From an uncultured Acidobacteriota bacterium (GTDB lineage Bacteria; Acidobacteriota; Thermoanaerobaculia; UBA5066; Gp7-AA6): a DNA stretch of 64,000 bases. The stretch spans positions 64,001 through 128,000 of the forward strand of contig CAVXTP010000006.1 in the NCBI GenBank assembly GCA_963764715.1. Reading direction: 5' to 3'. Of the stretch, positions 25,337 through 35,690 are shown in pieces (the stretch's first letter is position 1; each line of letters opens with the position of its first letter). The notes beneath the pieces were generated by a model, which searched no databases, was not told the DNA's origin, and saw only the letters and a program-made list of their open reading frames with translations. A program made the translations under genes and the position numbers.

Positions 25337-27451
25337 ATGGTTGTCCCCTTCCTTCGACCTCGTGTATCGATCCGTTTCTCCCTGCTCCTCCTCCTCGCCC
25401 TCGTCGTCGGCTCGAACGCGTTCGGCGCCGACTTTTACGTCTCGCCGACGGCGAGCGCGAGCGGGACGGGCACGCATCAGCAACCCGTGGAAGCTGCAGA
25501 CGGCGCTGAATCAGCCCTCTGTCGGTTCATCCCGGCGACACGATCTGGCTGCGCGGGGGGACCTACACCGGCGCCCCCTTCACCAGCAACCTCAACGGAA
25601 CCTCGGCGAGCCCGATCATCGTGCGCCAGTACCCGGGCGAGCGCGCCACGATCGACGGCAACTACGCCGGCAACGGAAGTCACGCTCAAGATCATGGGCT
25701 CTTACACCTGGTTCTGGGGCTTCGAGATCTTCAACTCCGACCCGACCCGATACACCTCCGACGGCAACAATCCCCCGCGCCGCGGCGAAGGCGTCCAGCT
25801 CTCCGGCGACGACACGCGGATGATCAACCTGATCGTCCACGACACGTCCCAGGGCGTGCTGACGGGCGAGGGCGCCACCGACGCCAGAATCTACGGGAAT
25901 CTCTTCTACTACAACGGCTACGATTCGCCCGACCGCGGCCACGGCCACGGCATCTACGCCCAGAACCTCGGCTCGACGCCCAAGCCGATCTACGACAACA
26001 TCATCTTCCAGCAGTTCGGCTGGGGCATCCACGCCTACGGCGAGGGCGGCCACCTGGACAACCTCGACTTCCAGGGCAATGTCTCCTTCAACAACGGCGG
26101 CCTCTCCGGCGGCTGGCACACCAACATCCTCGTCGGCGGCACGCAGAACAAGGCCACCAACACCAAACTCACTTCCAACTTCACCTACAACACCGCCCAG
26201 GGCAACAACAACAACCTCGGCTACAGCGCCGGCTGCACGAACCCCAGCATCACGAACAACTACCTCGCCAGCGGCACGGCCCTCGGCATCAGCAACTGCA
26301 GCGGCTTGACGATCACCGGCAACACCTTCTACGGCTCGATCTCGGGCTTCACGCAGTCGGGCTTCCCGAGCAACACCTACTACGGCTCGACGCGGCCGAC
26401 CGGCGTCAAGGTCTTCGTCCGTCCCAACGCCTACGAGGCCAAGCGCGCCAACATCGTCGTCTACAACTGGGACCTCCAGAGCACCGTCAGCGTGGACGTC
26501 AGCGGCGTGCTCGCCTCGGGCGACGGCTTCGAGGTCCGCAACGCACAGGACTTCTTCGGCGCACCGGTCCTGACCGGCACCTACGGCGGCGGATCCATCA
26601 CGCTGCCCATGACCGGCCTCTCCGTCGCCGCACCGGTCGGAGTCGTCGCCCCCAACCCCACCGGACCCGAGTTCAACGTCTTCGTCCTGCTGCCGGCTTC
26701 CCCGGGCGGCGTCCCGACGCCCACCCACACGCCCGGTGCGCCCACGGCGACCCGCACGCCCTCTCGAACACCGACCCGGACGCCGACGGTCGCCGTCGGA
26801 ACCGCGACGCGCACTCCAACCCGGACGCCGACGGTCGCCGTCGGAACCCGCACGCGCACTCCAACCCGGACGCCGACGGTCGCCGCCGGCACCGCGACGC
26901 GCACTCCAACCCGGACGCCGACCCGGACCCCGACGAAGACCGCGACCCGGACGCCCACGAGAACACCCACTCGGACCCCCACTCCCGGCGGGACACAAAC
27001 GCTGTTGAGGATCGAGGCCGAAGCGCCGGTGATCGCGGCGCCAATGGCGAAAGCCTCGGACTCCACTGCGTTCGGGGGCTCGTACATCGCGTCGGGAACG
27101 GTCGATTCAGGAACCGGTGCCTGGACGTTCAGCGTCCCGTCGGCCGGCACCTACGTCATCTGGTGCCGAGTGAAATCCCCCACCTCCTCACAGGATTCGG
27201 TCTACATCAAGATCGACACGGGCGCCGAGGACATCTTCGACACGGCCGAAGGGACGTGGTCGCCCAACTGGCAGTGGAGCCGCGTCAACGGCCGCGGCGG
27301 CACCGGAGTTCCCCTGACGCTCAATCCCCGGGTGTTCTCCCTTTCCGCCGGCTCCCACACGTTGACTCTTCGCGGGCGCGAACCGAACACTCGAGTCGAT
27401 CGCGTGATCGTTACGAACGACATGACTTTCGTTCCGACGGAAGCGCCCTGA
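25337..27451 (+). CDS. secreted beta-helix protein A1 (DUF1565-like N-terminus, beta-helix, Pro/Thr linker, CBM-like domain; compensating indels about 25475-25675)
   Basis: Signal peptide, DFYVSPTAS..NPW, PGDTIWLRGGTY, GHGHGIY, Asn/Gly-rich coils, IEAEA...WQWSRVNG...DRVIVTND. Confidence 0.8.
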   Translation: MVVPFLRPRVSIRFSLLLLLALVVGSNAFGADFYVSPTASASGTGTHQQPVEAADGAESALCRFIPATRSGCAGGPTPAPPSPATSTEPRRARSSCASTRASAPRSTATTPATEVTLKIMGSYTWFWGFEIFNSDPTRYTSDGNNPPRRGEGVQLSGDDTRMINLIVHDTSQGVLTGEGATDARIYGNLFYYNGYDSPDRGHGHGIYAQNLGSTPKPIYDNIIFQQFGWGIHAYGEGGHLDNLDFQGNVSFNNGGLSGGWHTNILVGGTQNKATNTKLTSNFTYNTAQGNNNNLGYSAGCTNPSITNNYLASGTALGISNCSGLTITGNTFYGSISGFTQSGFPSNTYYGSTRPTGVKVFVRPNAYEAKRANIVVYNWDLQSTVSVDVSGVLASGDGFEVRNAQDFFGAPVLTGTYGGGSITLPMTGLSVAAPVGVVAPNPTGPEFNVFVLLPASPGGVPTPTHTPGAPTATRTPSRTPTRTPTVAVGTATRTPTRTPTVAVGTRTRTPTRTPTVAAGTATRTPTRTPTRTPTKTATRTPTRTPTRTPTPGGTQTLLRIEAEAPVIAAPMAKASDSTAFGGSYIASGTVDSGTGAWTFSVPSAGTYVIWCRVKSPTSSQDSVYIKIDTGAEDIFDTAEGTWSPNWQWSRVNGRGGTGVPLTLNPRVFSLSAGSHTLTLRGREPNTRVDRVIVTNDMTFVPTEAP
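26774..26922 (+). repeat. 45-bp coding tandem repeat x3 plus partial (TRTPTVAVGTATRTP)
   Basis: ACCCGGACGCCGAC recurs at 26774, 26819, 26864, 26909. Confidence 0.85.
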
Positions 27452-27517
27452 CCAGGCGCAATTGAATCAAACGCGCCGACGGCTGCCCCAACGAACAGCG
27501 TCGGCGTCATCGGGGTC

Positions 27518-27575
27518 ACTGTACGAAGTAGGCCTGGGGGACCAGTCGTAATGGGACGGTCCACGCGAGTAGCCT
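27518..27575 (+). promoter_or_regulatory. conserved box + -10 element, copy 2 (leaderless)
   Basis: ACTGTACGAAGT-N13-CAGT, 23 nt, TAGCCT, 7 nt, GTG 27583. Confidence 0.7.
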
Positions 27576-27582
27576 GCTTTCT

Positions 27583-30500
27583 GTGGCGAACTGGCTCGAA
27601 AAGTCCCGCAGAGCGCTGCTCGCGCTCTGCCTGCTTCTCACGGCCGCCGCGGTCTGCGGGACGGACTTCTACGTGTCGCCGACGGCGAGCGCGAGCGGGA
27701 CGGGCACGATCAGCAACCCGTGGAAGCTGCAGACGGCGTTGAATCAGCCCTCTTCGGTTCATCCCGGCGACACGATCTGGCTGCGCGGGGGGACCTACAC
27801 CGGCGCCCCCTTCACCAGCAACCTCAACGGAACCTCGGCGAGCCCGATCATCGTGCGCCAGTACCCGGGCGAGCGCGCCACGATCGACGGCAACTACGCC
27901 GGCACGGAAGTCACGCTCAAGATCATGGGCTCTTACACCTGGTTCTGGGGCTTCGAGATCTTCAACTCCGACCCGACCCGATACACCTCCGACGGCAACA
28001 ATCCCCCGCGCCGCGGCGAAGGCGTCCAGCTCTCCGGCGACTACACGCGGATGATCAACCTGATCGTCCACGACACGTCCCAGGGCGTGCTGACGGGCGA
28101 GGGCGCCACCGACGCCAGAATCTACGGGAATCTCTTCTACTACAACGGCTACGATTCGCCCGACCGCGGCCACGGCCACGGCATCTACGCCCAGAACCTC
28201 GGCTCGACGCCCAAGCCCATCTACGACAACATCATCTTCCAGCAGTTCGGCTGGGGCATCCACGCCTATGGCGAGGGCGGGCACCTGGACAACCTCGACT
28301 TCCAGGGCAATGTCTCCTTCAACAACGGCGGCCTCTCCGGCGGCTGGCACACCAACATCCTCGTCGGCGGCACGCAGAACAAGGCCACCAACACCAAACT
28401 CACTTCCAACTTCACCTACAACACCGCCCAGGGCAACAACAACAACCTCGGCTACAGCGCCGGCTGCACGAACCCCAGCATCACGAACAACTACCTCGCC
28501 AGCGGCACGGCCCTCGGCATCAGCAACTGCAGCGGCTTGACGATCACCGGCAACACCTTCTACGGCTCGATCTCGGGCTTCACGCAGTCTGGCTTCCCGA
28601 GCAACACCTACTACGGCTCGACGCGGCCGACCGGCGTCAAGGTCTTCGTCCGTCCCAACGCCTACGAGGCCAAGCGCGCCAACATCGTCGTCTACAACTG
28701 GGACCTCCAGAGCACCGTCAGCGTGGACGTCAGCGGCGTGCTCGCCTCGGGCGACGGGTTCGAAGTCCGCAACGCACAGGACTTCTTCGGCGCACCGGTC
28801 CTGACCGGCACCTACGGCGGCGGATCGATCACGCTACCGATGACCGGCCTCTCCGTCGCCGCACCGGTCGGCGTCGTCGCTCCCAACCCCACCGGACCCG
28901 AGTTCAACGTCTTCGTCCTGCTCCCGGCCTCCAGCGGAGGGGCCCCCACCGCGACGCCGACGACAGTGCCCACGTTCACGTCCACTCCCACCCCGACTCG
29001 CACGGCGACGGCCACACTCACGCCGCCGCCGCCGACTTTCACGCCGACGTCGACCCCGACGCCGACGCTCGCTCCGCCGACGGCGACACCAACCCACACC
29101 GCGACGCCGGTTCCGCCGACGGCAACGTCGACGCCGACCCCGACGGCGACACCTCCGCCTCCGACGTCGACTCCGACGCCTGCCCCGCCGACCGCGACGG
29201 CGACGGCGACGCCCGCGTCGCCCACGGCGACTCCCACGTCGGCTCCACCCACGAACACGCCCACGCCCACCGAGACGCCTGCTCCACCGACGGCCACGGC
29301 GACTCCGACATTCGACCCGCCCACGGGCACGCCGACGCCGACCGCTTCGCCGGCGCCGCCATCGTCGACACCGACCGCGACGGCGACACCGACGGCCGCT
29401 CCACCCACGGGCACGCCCACGCCGACCGCGTCGCCGGCGCCGCCGACGGCCACTCCGACCCCGACGCGGACCGCGACGTCCGCGCCTCCGACGGCCACGC
29501 CCACGGCGACTCCGCCTCCGCCGACGGCGACCCGGACGGCCACGTCCGTTCCACCGACCGCGACCCGGACTCCGACGCGGACGTCGACCGCGGCGCCGTC
29601 GACCCCGACGCCCACTCCGACCCGGACGTCGACGCCCCTCCGCCGACCGCGACCCGGACTCCGTCCCGCACTCCCTCGCGGACGGCGACGCCTCCGGGAC
29701 CGACACCCACGCCGACCCCGGACGTCATTCGCGTGGAGGCAGAAGCGGCCGCGATGACGGGGCCGATGGTGCCGTTGCCCAACGACCAGGCCTTCGGCGG
29801 CCAGTTCATCACTTCCGTCGATCGGCCAACACCGGCACGGCGACCTGGAACTTCTCGATTCCGACCGCGGACGACTACGTCGTGTGGTGCCGCGTGCTCG
29901 CCGCGACGCAGAGCAACGGCACGCTCTACGCCCGGGCCGACAGCGGCCCCGAGGACGTCTACGACGTGGCCCAGGGGACGTGGGGGCCCAACTGGCAGTG
30001 GACGCGGGTCAACGGCCGCGGCGCCGCCGGCGTGCCGCTCACGATCAATCCCCGCACCTTCACCTTCACCGCCGGGACCCACACGATCCGCCTGCGCGAA
30101 CGGGATCCCCTGACCCGCGTCGACCGCGTGATCGTCACCAACGACTTCGCCTTCGTCCCCACCGAGGGCAACTCGAACGCGTTCGGGGACACGTGGCCCT
30201 CCAACCCGTTCTACGACTTCGTCGAGAACCTCGCGCGCAACCAGATCACCACGCGGTTGCGGCAACGGGCTCTACTGCCCCGCCGCCTCCGTGACGCGCG
30301 CCCAGATGGCGGTGATGCTCCTGAAGAGCAAGCACGGCAGCAGCTACGTGCCCGCCGCCCGCCACCGGCACGGTCTTCTCGGACGTCCCGAGGACCGCGT
30401 TCGCGGCCGCCTGGATCGAGCAGCTCTCCGACGAGGGCGTCACCACCGGCTGCGGCGGCGGCAAGTACTGCCCCAATGCCGCCGTCACCCGGGCCCAGAT

Positions 30501-30728
30501 GGCCGTCTTCCTCCTGCGGGCCGCCAACCCCGACGGGATGGGCGCCGCCGGCGCCGACCGGCCTCTTCGCGGACCTCGCCGCTGACCAACCCGTTCACGC
30601 CCTGGGTCGAGCAGCTCTCCGTCCTGGGAATCACCGCCGGCTGCGGCGGCGGAAACTACTGCCCCAACAGCCCGAACACCCGCGGCCAGATGGCCGTCTT
30701 CCTCGTCCGCACCTTCGACCTCCCCTAG
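27583..30728 (+). CDS. secreted beta-helix protein A2 (beta-helix, about 260-aa Pro/Thr stalk, CBM-like domain, 3 SLH-like repeats; several indels after 29640)
   Basis: Head nearly identical to A1 and tail nearly identical to A3; ends TRGQMAVFLVRTFDLP. Confidence 0.8.
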
Positions 30729-30733
30729 CGCGA

Positions 30734-30753
30734 ACCTGTCCGGAGGGTCAGGT
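30734..30753. promoter_or_regulatory. 20-bp lux-box-like inverted repeat
   Basis: ACCTGTCCGGAGGGTCAGGT (ACCTG-N10-CAGGT). Confidence 0.4.
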
Positions 30754-30770
30754 CTCGAGGTGCGGACGGA

Positions 30771-30827
30771 ACTGTACTAACTCGGCATCGCCGACCAGTG
30801 GTCTCCGGCGCCGCCGCAGCGTAGGAT
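30771..30827 (+). promoter_or_regulatory. conserved box + -10 element, copy 3 (leaderless)
   Basis: ACTGTACTAACT-N13-CAGT, 22 nt, TAGGAT, 7 nt, GTG 30835. Confidence 0.7.
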
Positions 30828-30834
30828 TCGCTGA

Positions 30835-33596
30835 GTGCGTCTGTTTCATCGAGCTTCGCAGGGGCGCGAGCCTTGTCGCCGTCCTGTTCTGCAGCGTCAC
30901 GCTGGTCTCGGTCCTTCCGGCGTCGGCCGCCGACTTCTACGTCTCGCCGACGGCGAGCGCGAGCGGGACGGGCACGATCAGCAACCCCTGGAAGCTCCAG
31001 ACCGCGCTGAACCAGCCCTCGGCCGTCCATCCCGGCGACACGATCTGGCTGCGCGGCGGGACCTACACCGGCGCCCCCTTCACCAGCTATCTGACGGGGA
31101 CGTCCGCCGCTCCGATCATCGTCCGCCAGTACCCGGGCGAGCGCGCCACGATCGACGGCAACTATGCGGGCAACACGGTCACGCTGACGATCATGGGCTC
31201 TTACACCTGGTACTGGGGCTTCGAGATCTTCAACTCCGATCCCACCCGCTACACCGCCGACGGCAACAACCCCCCGCGCCGCGGCGAGGGAGTCCAGCTC
31301 TCCGGCGACTACACGCGGATGATCAACATGATCGTCCACGACACGTCCCAGGGCGTGCTGACGGGCGAGGGCGCCACCGACGCCCGGATCTACGGAAACC
31401 TCTTCTACTACAACGGCTACGATTCGCCCGGACCGCGGCCACGGCCACGGCATCTACGCCCAGAACCTCGGCTCGACGCCCAAGCCCATCTACGACAACA
31501 TCATCTTCCAGCAGTTCGGCTGGGGCATCCACGCCTACGGCGAGGGCGGGCACCTCGACAACCTCGACTTCCAGGGCAACGTCTCCTTCAACAACGGCGG
31601 CCTCTCCGGCGGCTGGCACACCAACATCCTCGTCGGAGGCACTCAGAATCAGGCCACGAACACCAAACTCATTTCCAACTACACCTACAACACCGGCCAG
31701 GGGAACAACAACAACCTCGGCTATAGCGCCGGCTGCACGAGTCCGAGCGTGACCAACAACTACCTGGCGAGCGGCACGGCCCTCGGCATCAGCAACTGCA
31801 GCTCGATGTCGATCGCGGGCAACACCTTCTACGGATCGATCTCCGGCTTCACGCAGTCGGGCTTCCCGAACAACACCTACTACGGCTCGACGCGGCCGAC
31901 CGGCGTCAAGGTCTTCGTGCGTCCCAACGCCTACGAGGCCAAGCGCGCCAACATCGTCGTCTACAACTGGGACCTCCAGGGCACCGTCAGCGTCGACGTC
32001 AGCGGCGTGCTGGCCGTCGGCGACGGCTTCGAGGTCCGCAACGCGCAGGACTTCTTCGGCGCCCCGGTCCTGACCGGGACCTACGGCGGTGGCTCGATCA
32101 CGCTGCCGATGACCGGCCTCTCCGTCGCCGCACCGGTCGGAGTCGTCGCCCCCAACCCCACCGGGCCAGAGTTCAACGCCTTCGTCCTGCTCCCCGCCTC
32201 CGGGGGAGGAGCCCCTACCGCGACGCCGACGAGAACCGGCACGGCCACGCCCACGGCGACGCGGACCGCGACCCGGACGGCCACGCCCGTTCCACCGACG
32301 GCGACCCGGACGCCGACGCCTGCGCCGCCCACCGCGACGCGGACGCCGACGTCCGCGCCTCCGACGGCCACGCGCACGGCGACTCCGCCTCCGCCGACGG
32401 CGACCCGGACGGCCACGTCCGTTCCGCCGACCGCGACACGGACTCCGACGCAGACGTCGACCGCGGCGCCGTCGACCCCGACGCCAACTCCGACACGGAC
32501 TTCGACGCCGCCTCCGCCGACGGCGACCCGGACTCCGTCCCGGACCCCCTCGCGGACGGCGACGCCTCCGGGACCGACACCCACGCCCACCCCGGGCGTC
32601 ATTCGCGTGGAAGCAGAGGCGGCCGCGATGACGGGGCCGATGGTGCCGCTGCCCAACGACCAGGCCTTCGGCGGCCAGTTCATCACTTCCGGATCGGCCA
32701 ACAGCGGGACGGCCACCTGGAGCTTCGCGATTCCGACCGCGGACGACTACGTCGTGTGGTGCCGCGTGCTCGCCGCGACGCAGAGCAACGGCACGCTCTA
32801 CGCCCGGGCCGACAGCGGCCCCGAGGACGTCTACGACGTGGCCCAGGGGACGTGGGGGCCCAACTGGCAGTGGACGCGGGTCAACGGCCGCGGCGCCGCC
32901 GGCGTGCCGCTCACGATCAATCCCCGCACCTTCACATTCACCGCCGGGACCCACACCATCCGCCTGCGCGAACGCGATCCCCTGACCCGCGTCGACCGCG
33001 TGATCGTCACCAACGACTTCGCCTTCGTCCCCACCGAGGGCAACTCGAACGCCTTCGCCGACACGTGGCCCTCCAACCCGTTCTACGAGTTCGTCGAGAA
33101 CCTCGCGCGCAACCAGATCACCACCGGCTGCGGCAACGGGCTCTACTGCCCCGCCGCCTCCGTGACGCGCGCCCAGATGGCGGTGATGCTCTTGAAGAGC
33201 AAGCACGGCAGCAGCTACGTGCCCCCGCCCGCCACCGGCACGGTCTTCTCGGACGTCCCCAAGACCGCGTTCGCGGCCGCCTGGATCGAGCAGCTCTCCG
33301 ACGAGGGCGTCACCACCGGATGCGGCGGCGGCAAGTACTGCCCCAATGCCGGCGTCACCCGGGCCCAGATGGCCGTCTTTCTCCTGCGGGCCGCCAACCC
33401 CGCGGGATGGGCGCCGCCGGCGCCGACCGGCCTCTTCGCGGACCTCGCCCTGACCAACCCGTTCACCCCCTGGGTCGAGCAGCTCTCCGTCCTCGGAATC
33501 ACCGCCGGCTGCGGCGGCGGAAACTACTGCCCCAACAGCCCGAACACCCGCGGCCAGATGGCCGTCTTCCTCGTCCGCACCTTCGACCTCCCCTAG
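30835..33596 (+). CDS. secreted beta-helix protein A3 (beta-helix, about 125-aa Pro/Thr stalk, CBM-like domain, 3 SLH-like repeats; indels near the start and 31430)
   Basis: LVAVLFCSVTLVSVLPASAADFYVSP..., VRPNAYE, VEAEAA, CGNGLYCP..TRAQMA. Confidence 0.8.
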
Positions 33597-33600
33597 CGCA

Positions 33601-33620
33601 TCCTGACCGAATGGTCAGGC
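33601..33620. promoter_or_regulatory. 20-bp lux-box-like inverted repeat
   Basis: TCCTGACCGAATGGTCAGGC (CCTGACC-N4-GGTCAGG). Confidence 0.4.
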
Positions 33621-33640
33621 GGCCCGAGCACGCCAGTCGG

Positions 33641-33698
33641 ACTGTACCAATTCGGCATCGCCGGCCAGTGGTCTTCCGGCGGGACCGGGACGTACGCT
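33641..33698 (+). promoter_or_regulatory. conserved box + -10 element, copy 4 (leaderless)
   Basis: ACTGTACCAATT-N13-CAGT, 23 nt, TACGCT, 7 nt, GTG 33706. Confidence 0.7.
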
Positions 33699-33705
33699 TT
33701 CAGCT

Positions 33706-35624
33706 GTGTTCCAGCGAATTCGCACGTCGGGGAGGGCTCGTCGCTCGCGCTGTTCTGCAGCGCCGCGCTGGCCGGGGTCCCCCCGGCGTGCGGCCGCCGA
33801 TTTCTACGTGTCGCCGACGGCGAGCGCGAGCGGGACGGGCAGCATCAGCAACCCGTGGAAGCTGCAGACCGCGCTCAATCAGCCGTCGGCCGTCCATCCC
33901 GGCGACACGATCTGGCTGCGCGGGGGGACCTACACCGGCGCCCCCTTCACCAGCAATCTGAACGGGACCTCGGCGAGCCCGATCATCGTGCGCCAGTACC
34001 CCGGCGAGCGCGCCACGATCGACGGCAACTACGCCGGCGACCAGAACACGCTGACGATCATGGGCTCCTACACCTGGTACTGGGGCTTCGAGATCTTCAA
34101 CTCCGATCCGACGCGCTACACCGCCGACGGCAACAACCCCCCGCGCCGCGGCGAGGGCGTCCAGCTCTCCGGCGACGGGACGCGGATGATCAACATGATC
34201 GTCCACGACACGTCCCAGGGCGTGCTCACGGGCGAAGGCGCCACCGACGCCCGAATCTACGGAAATCTCTTCTACTACAACGGCTACGATTCGCCCGACC
34301 GGGGCCACGGCCACGGCATCTACGCCCAGAACCTCGGCTCGACGCCCAAGCCCATCTACGACAACATCATCTTCCAGCAGTTCGGCTGGGGCATCCACGC
34401 CTACGCCGAAGGCGGCCACCTCGACAACCTCGACTTCCAGGGCAACGTCTCCTTCAACAACGGCGGCCTCTCCGGCGGCTGGCACGCCAACATGCTCGTC
34501 GGCGGGCTGCAACGTCGCCACGAGCCCCAGGCTTACTTCCAACTACACCTACAACACCGGGCAAGGGAACAAGAACGACGTCGGCTACAGCGCCGGCTGC
34601 ACGAGCCCGAACATCACCGAGCAACTATTTCGCGAGCGGCGAGGCCCTCGACGTCAACAACTGCAGCTCGCTGACGGTCGCGAGCAACACCTTCTACGGC
34701 TCGACGTCGGGCTTCTCGGCATCGGGCTTCCCGAACAACACCTATTACGGTTCCACGCGGCCGACCGGCGTCAAGGTCTTCGTCCGCCCCAATGCCTACG
34801 AGGCCGGACGCGCCCACATCGTCGTCTACAACTGGGACCTCGCGCCGACGGTCAACGTCGATCTGTCGGCGATCCTCGCTCCGGGTGCTGCGTACGTCCT
34901 CCGCAACGCGCAGGATCCCTTCGGCACACCGGTTCTTTCGGGCACCTACAACGGCGGCGCGCTGGCAGTCCCGACGACCGGCCTCGCGCCGGCGACGCCC
35001 GTCGGCGTTCCGGCTCCTGACCCCACCGGGCCCGAGTTCAACGTCTTCATTCTGACGAGCACGCCCGGTCCCTACGAGTTTCTGGACGTGCCGCCGACGA
35101 GTCCCTTTCACGACGCAATCCACACGCTCGCGTCGAACGGAATCACCGCGGGATGCGGCAACGGCAAGTTCTGTCCGAACGACTCGATCACGCGGGCCCA
35201 GATGGCGGTCTTCCTCCTGAAGACCAAGCACGGCGCCGCGTATGCTCCGCCGGCCGCCTCCGGAAACGTGTTCGACGACGTGCCCTCGAACGCTTTCGCC
35301 GCCGCGTGGATCGAGCGGCTCGCCGCGGAGGGAATTTCCTCGGGCTGCGGCGGAGGCAACTTCTGCCCGAACTCGTCCGTGACGCGGGCGCAGATGGCAG
35401 TGTTCCTTCTCAAGACGGATCTCGGGTCGGCCTATGCGCCACCCGCGGCGTCGGGAGACGTTTTCGTGGACGTGCCCGCGAGCTCCTTCGCCGCCGCGTG
35501 GATCGAGGATCTGGCGGGCCGGGGCATCACGTCCGGCTGCGGCGGCGGAAAGTACTGCCCGTCGAGCGTCACCACGCGCGGACAGATGGCCGTGTTTCTC
35601 GTATCGACCTTCTCGCTTCAATAG
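33706..35624 (+). CDS. secreted beta-helix protein A4 (beta-helix fused directly to 3 SLH-like repeats; indels near 33760, 34510, 34620)
   Basis: Same head motifs; FLDVPPTSPFHDAI..CGNGKFCP..TRAQMAVFL repeats; no Pro/Thr stalk. Confidence 0.8.
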
Positions 35625-35690
35625 TTTCGAGCCTCAGGCCTTCCTGAAGGGAAGCTCCCGGGGCGGGCGCGGCGTTATCATCGACGGCCT

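Noticed and set aside
26774-26922. CRISPR-like repeat array
   Set aside because: Units are contiguous, in-frame and lack unique spacers; no cas genes are present.
25426-34800. Diversity-generating retroelement or invertible cassette explaining the near-identical copies
   Set aside because: No reverse transcriptase or recombinase in the window, all copies are direct and full length, and the differences are not adenine-specific.
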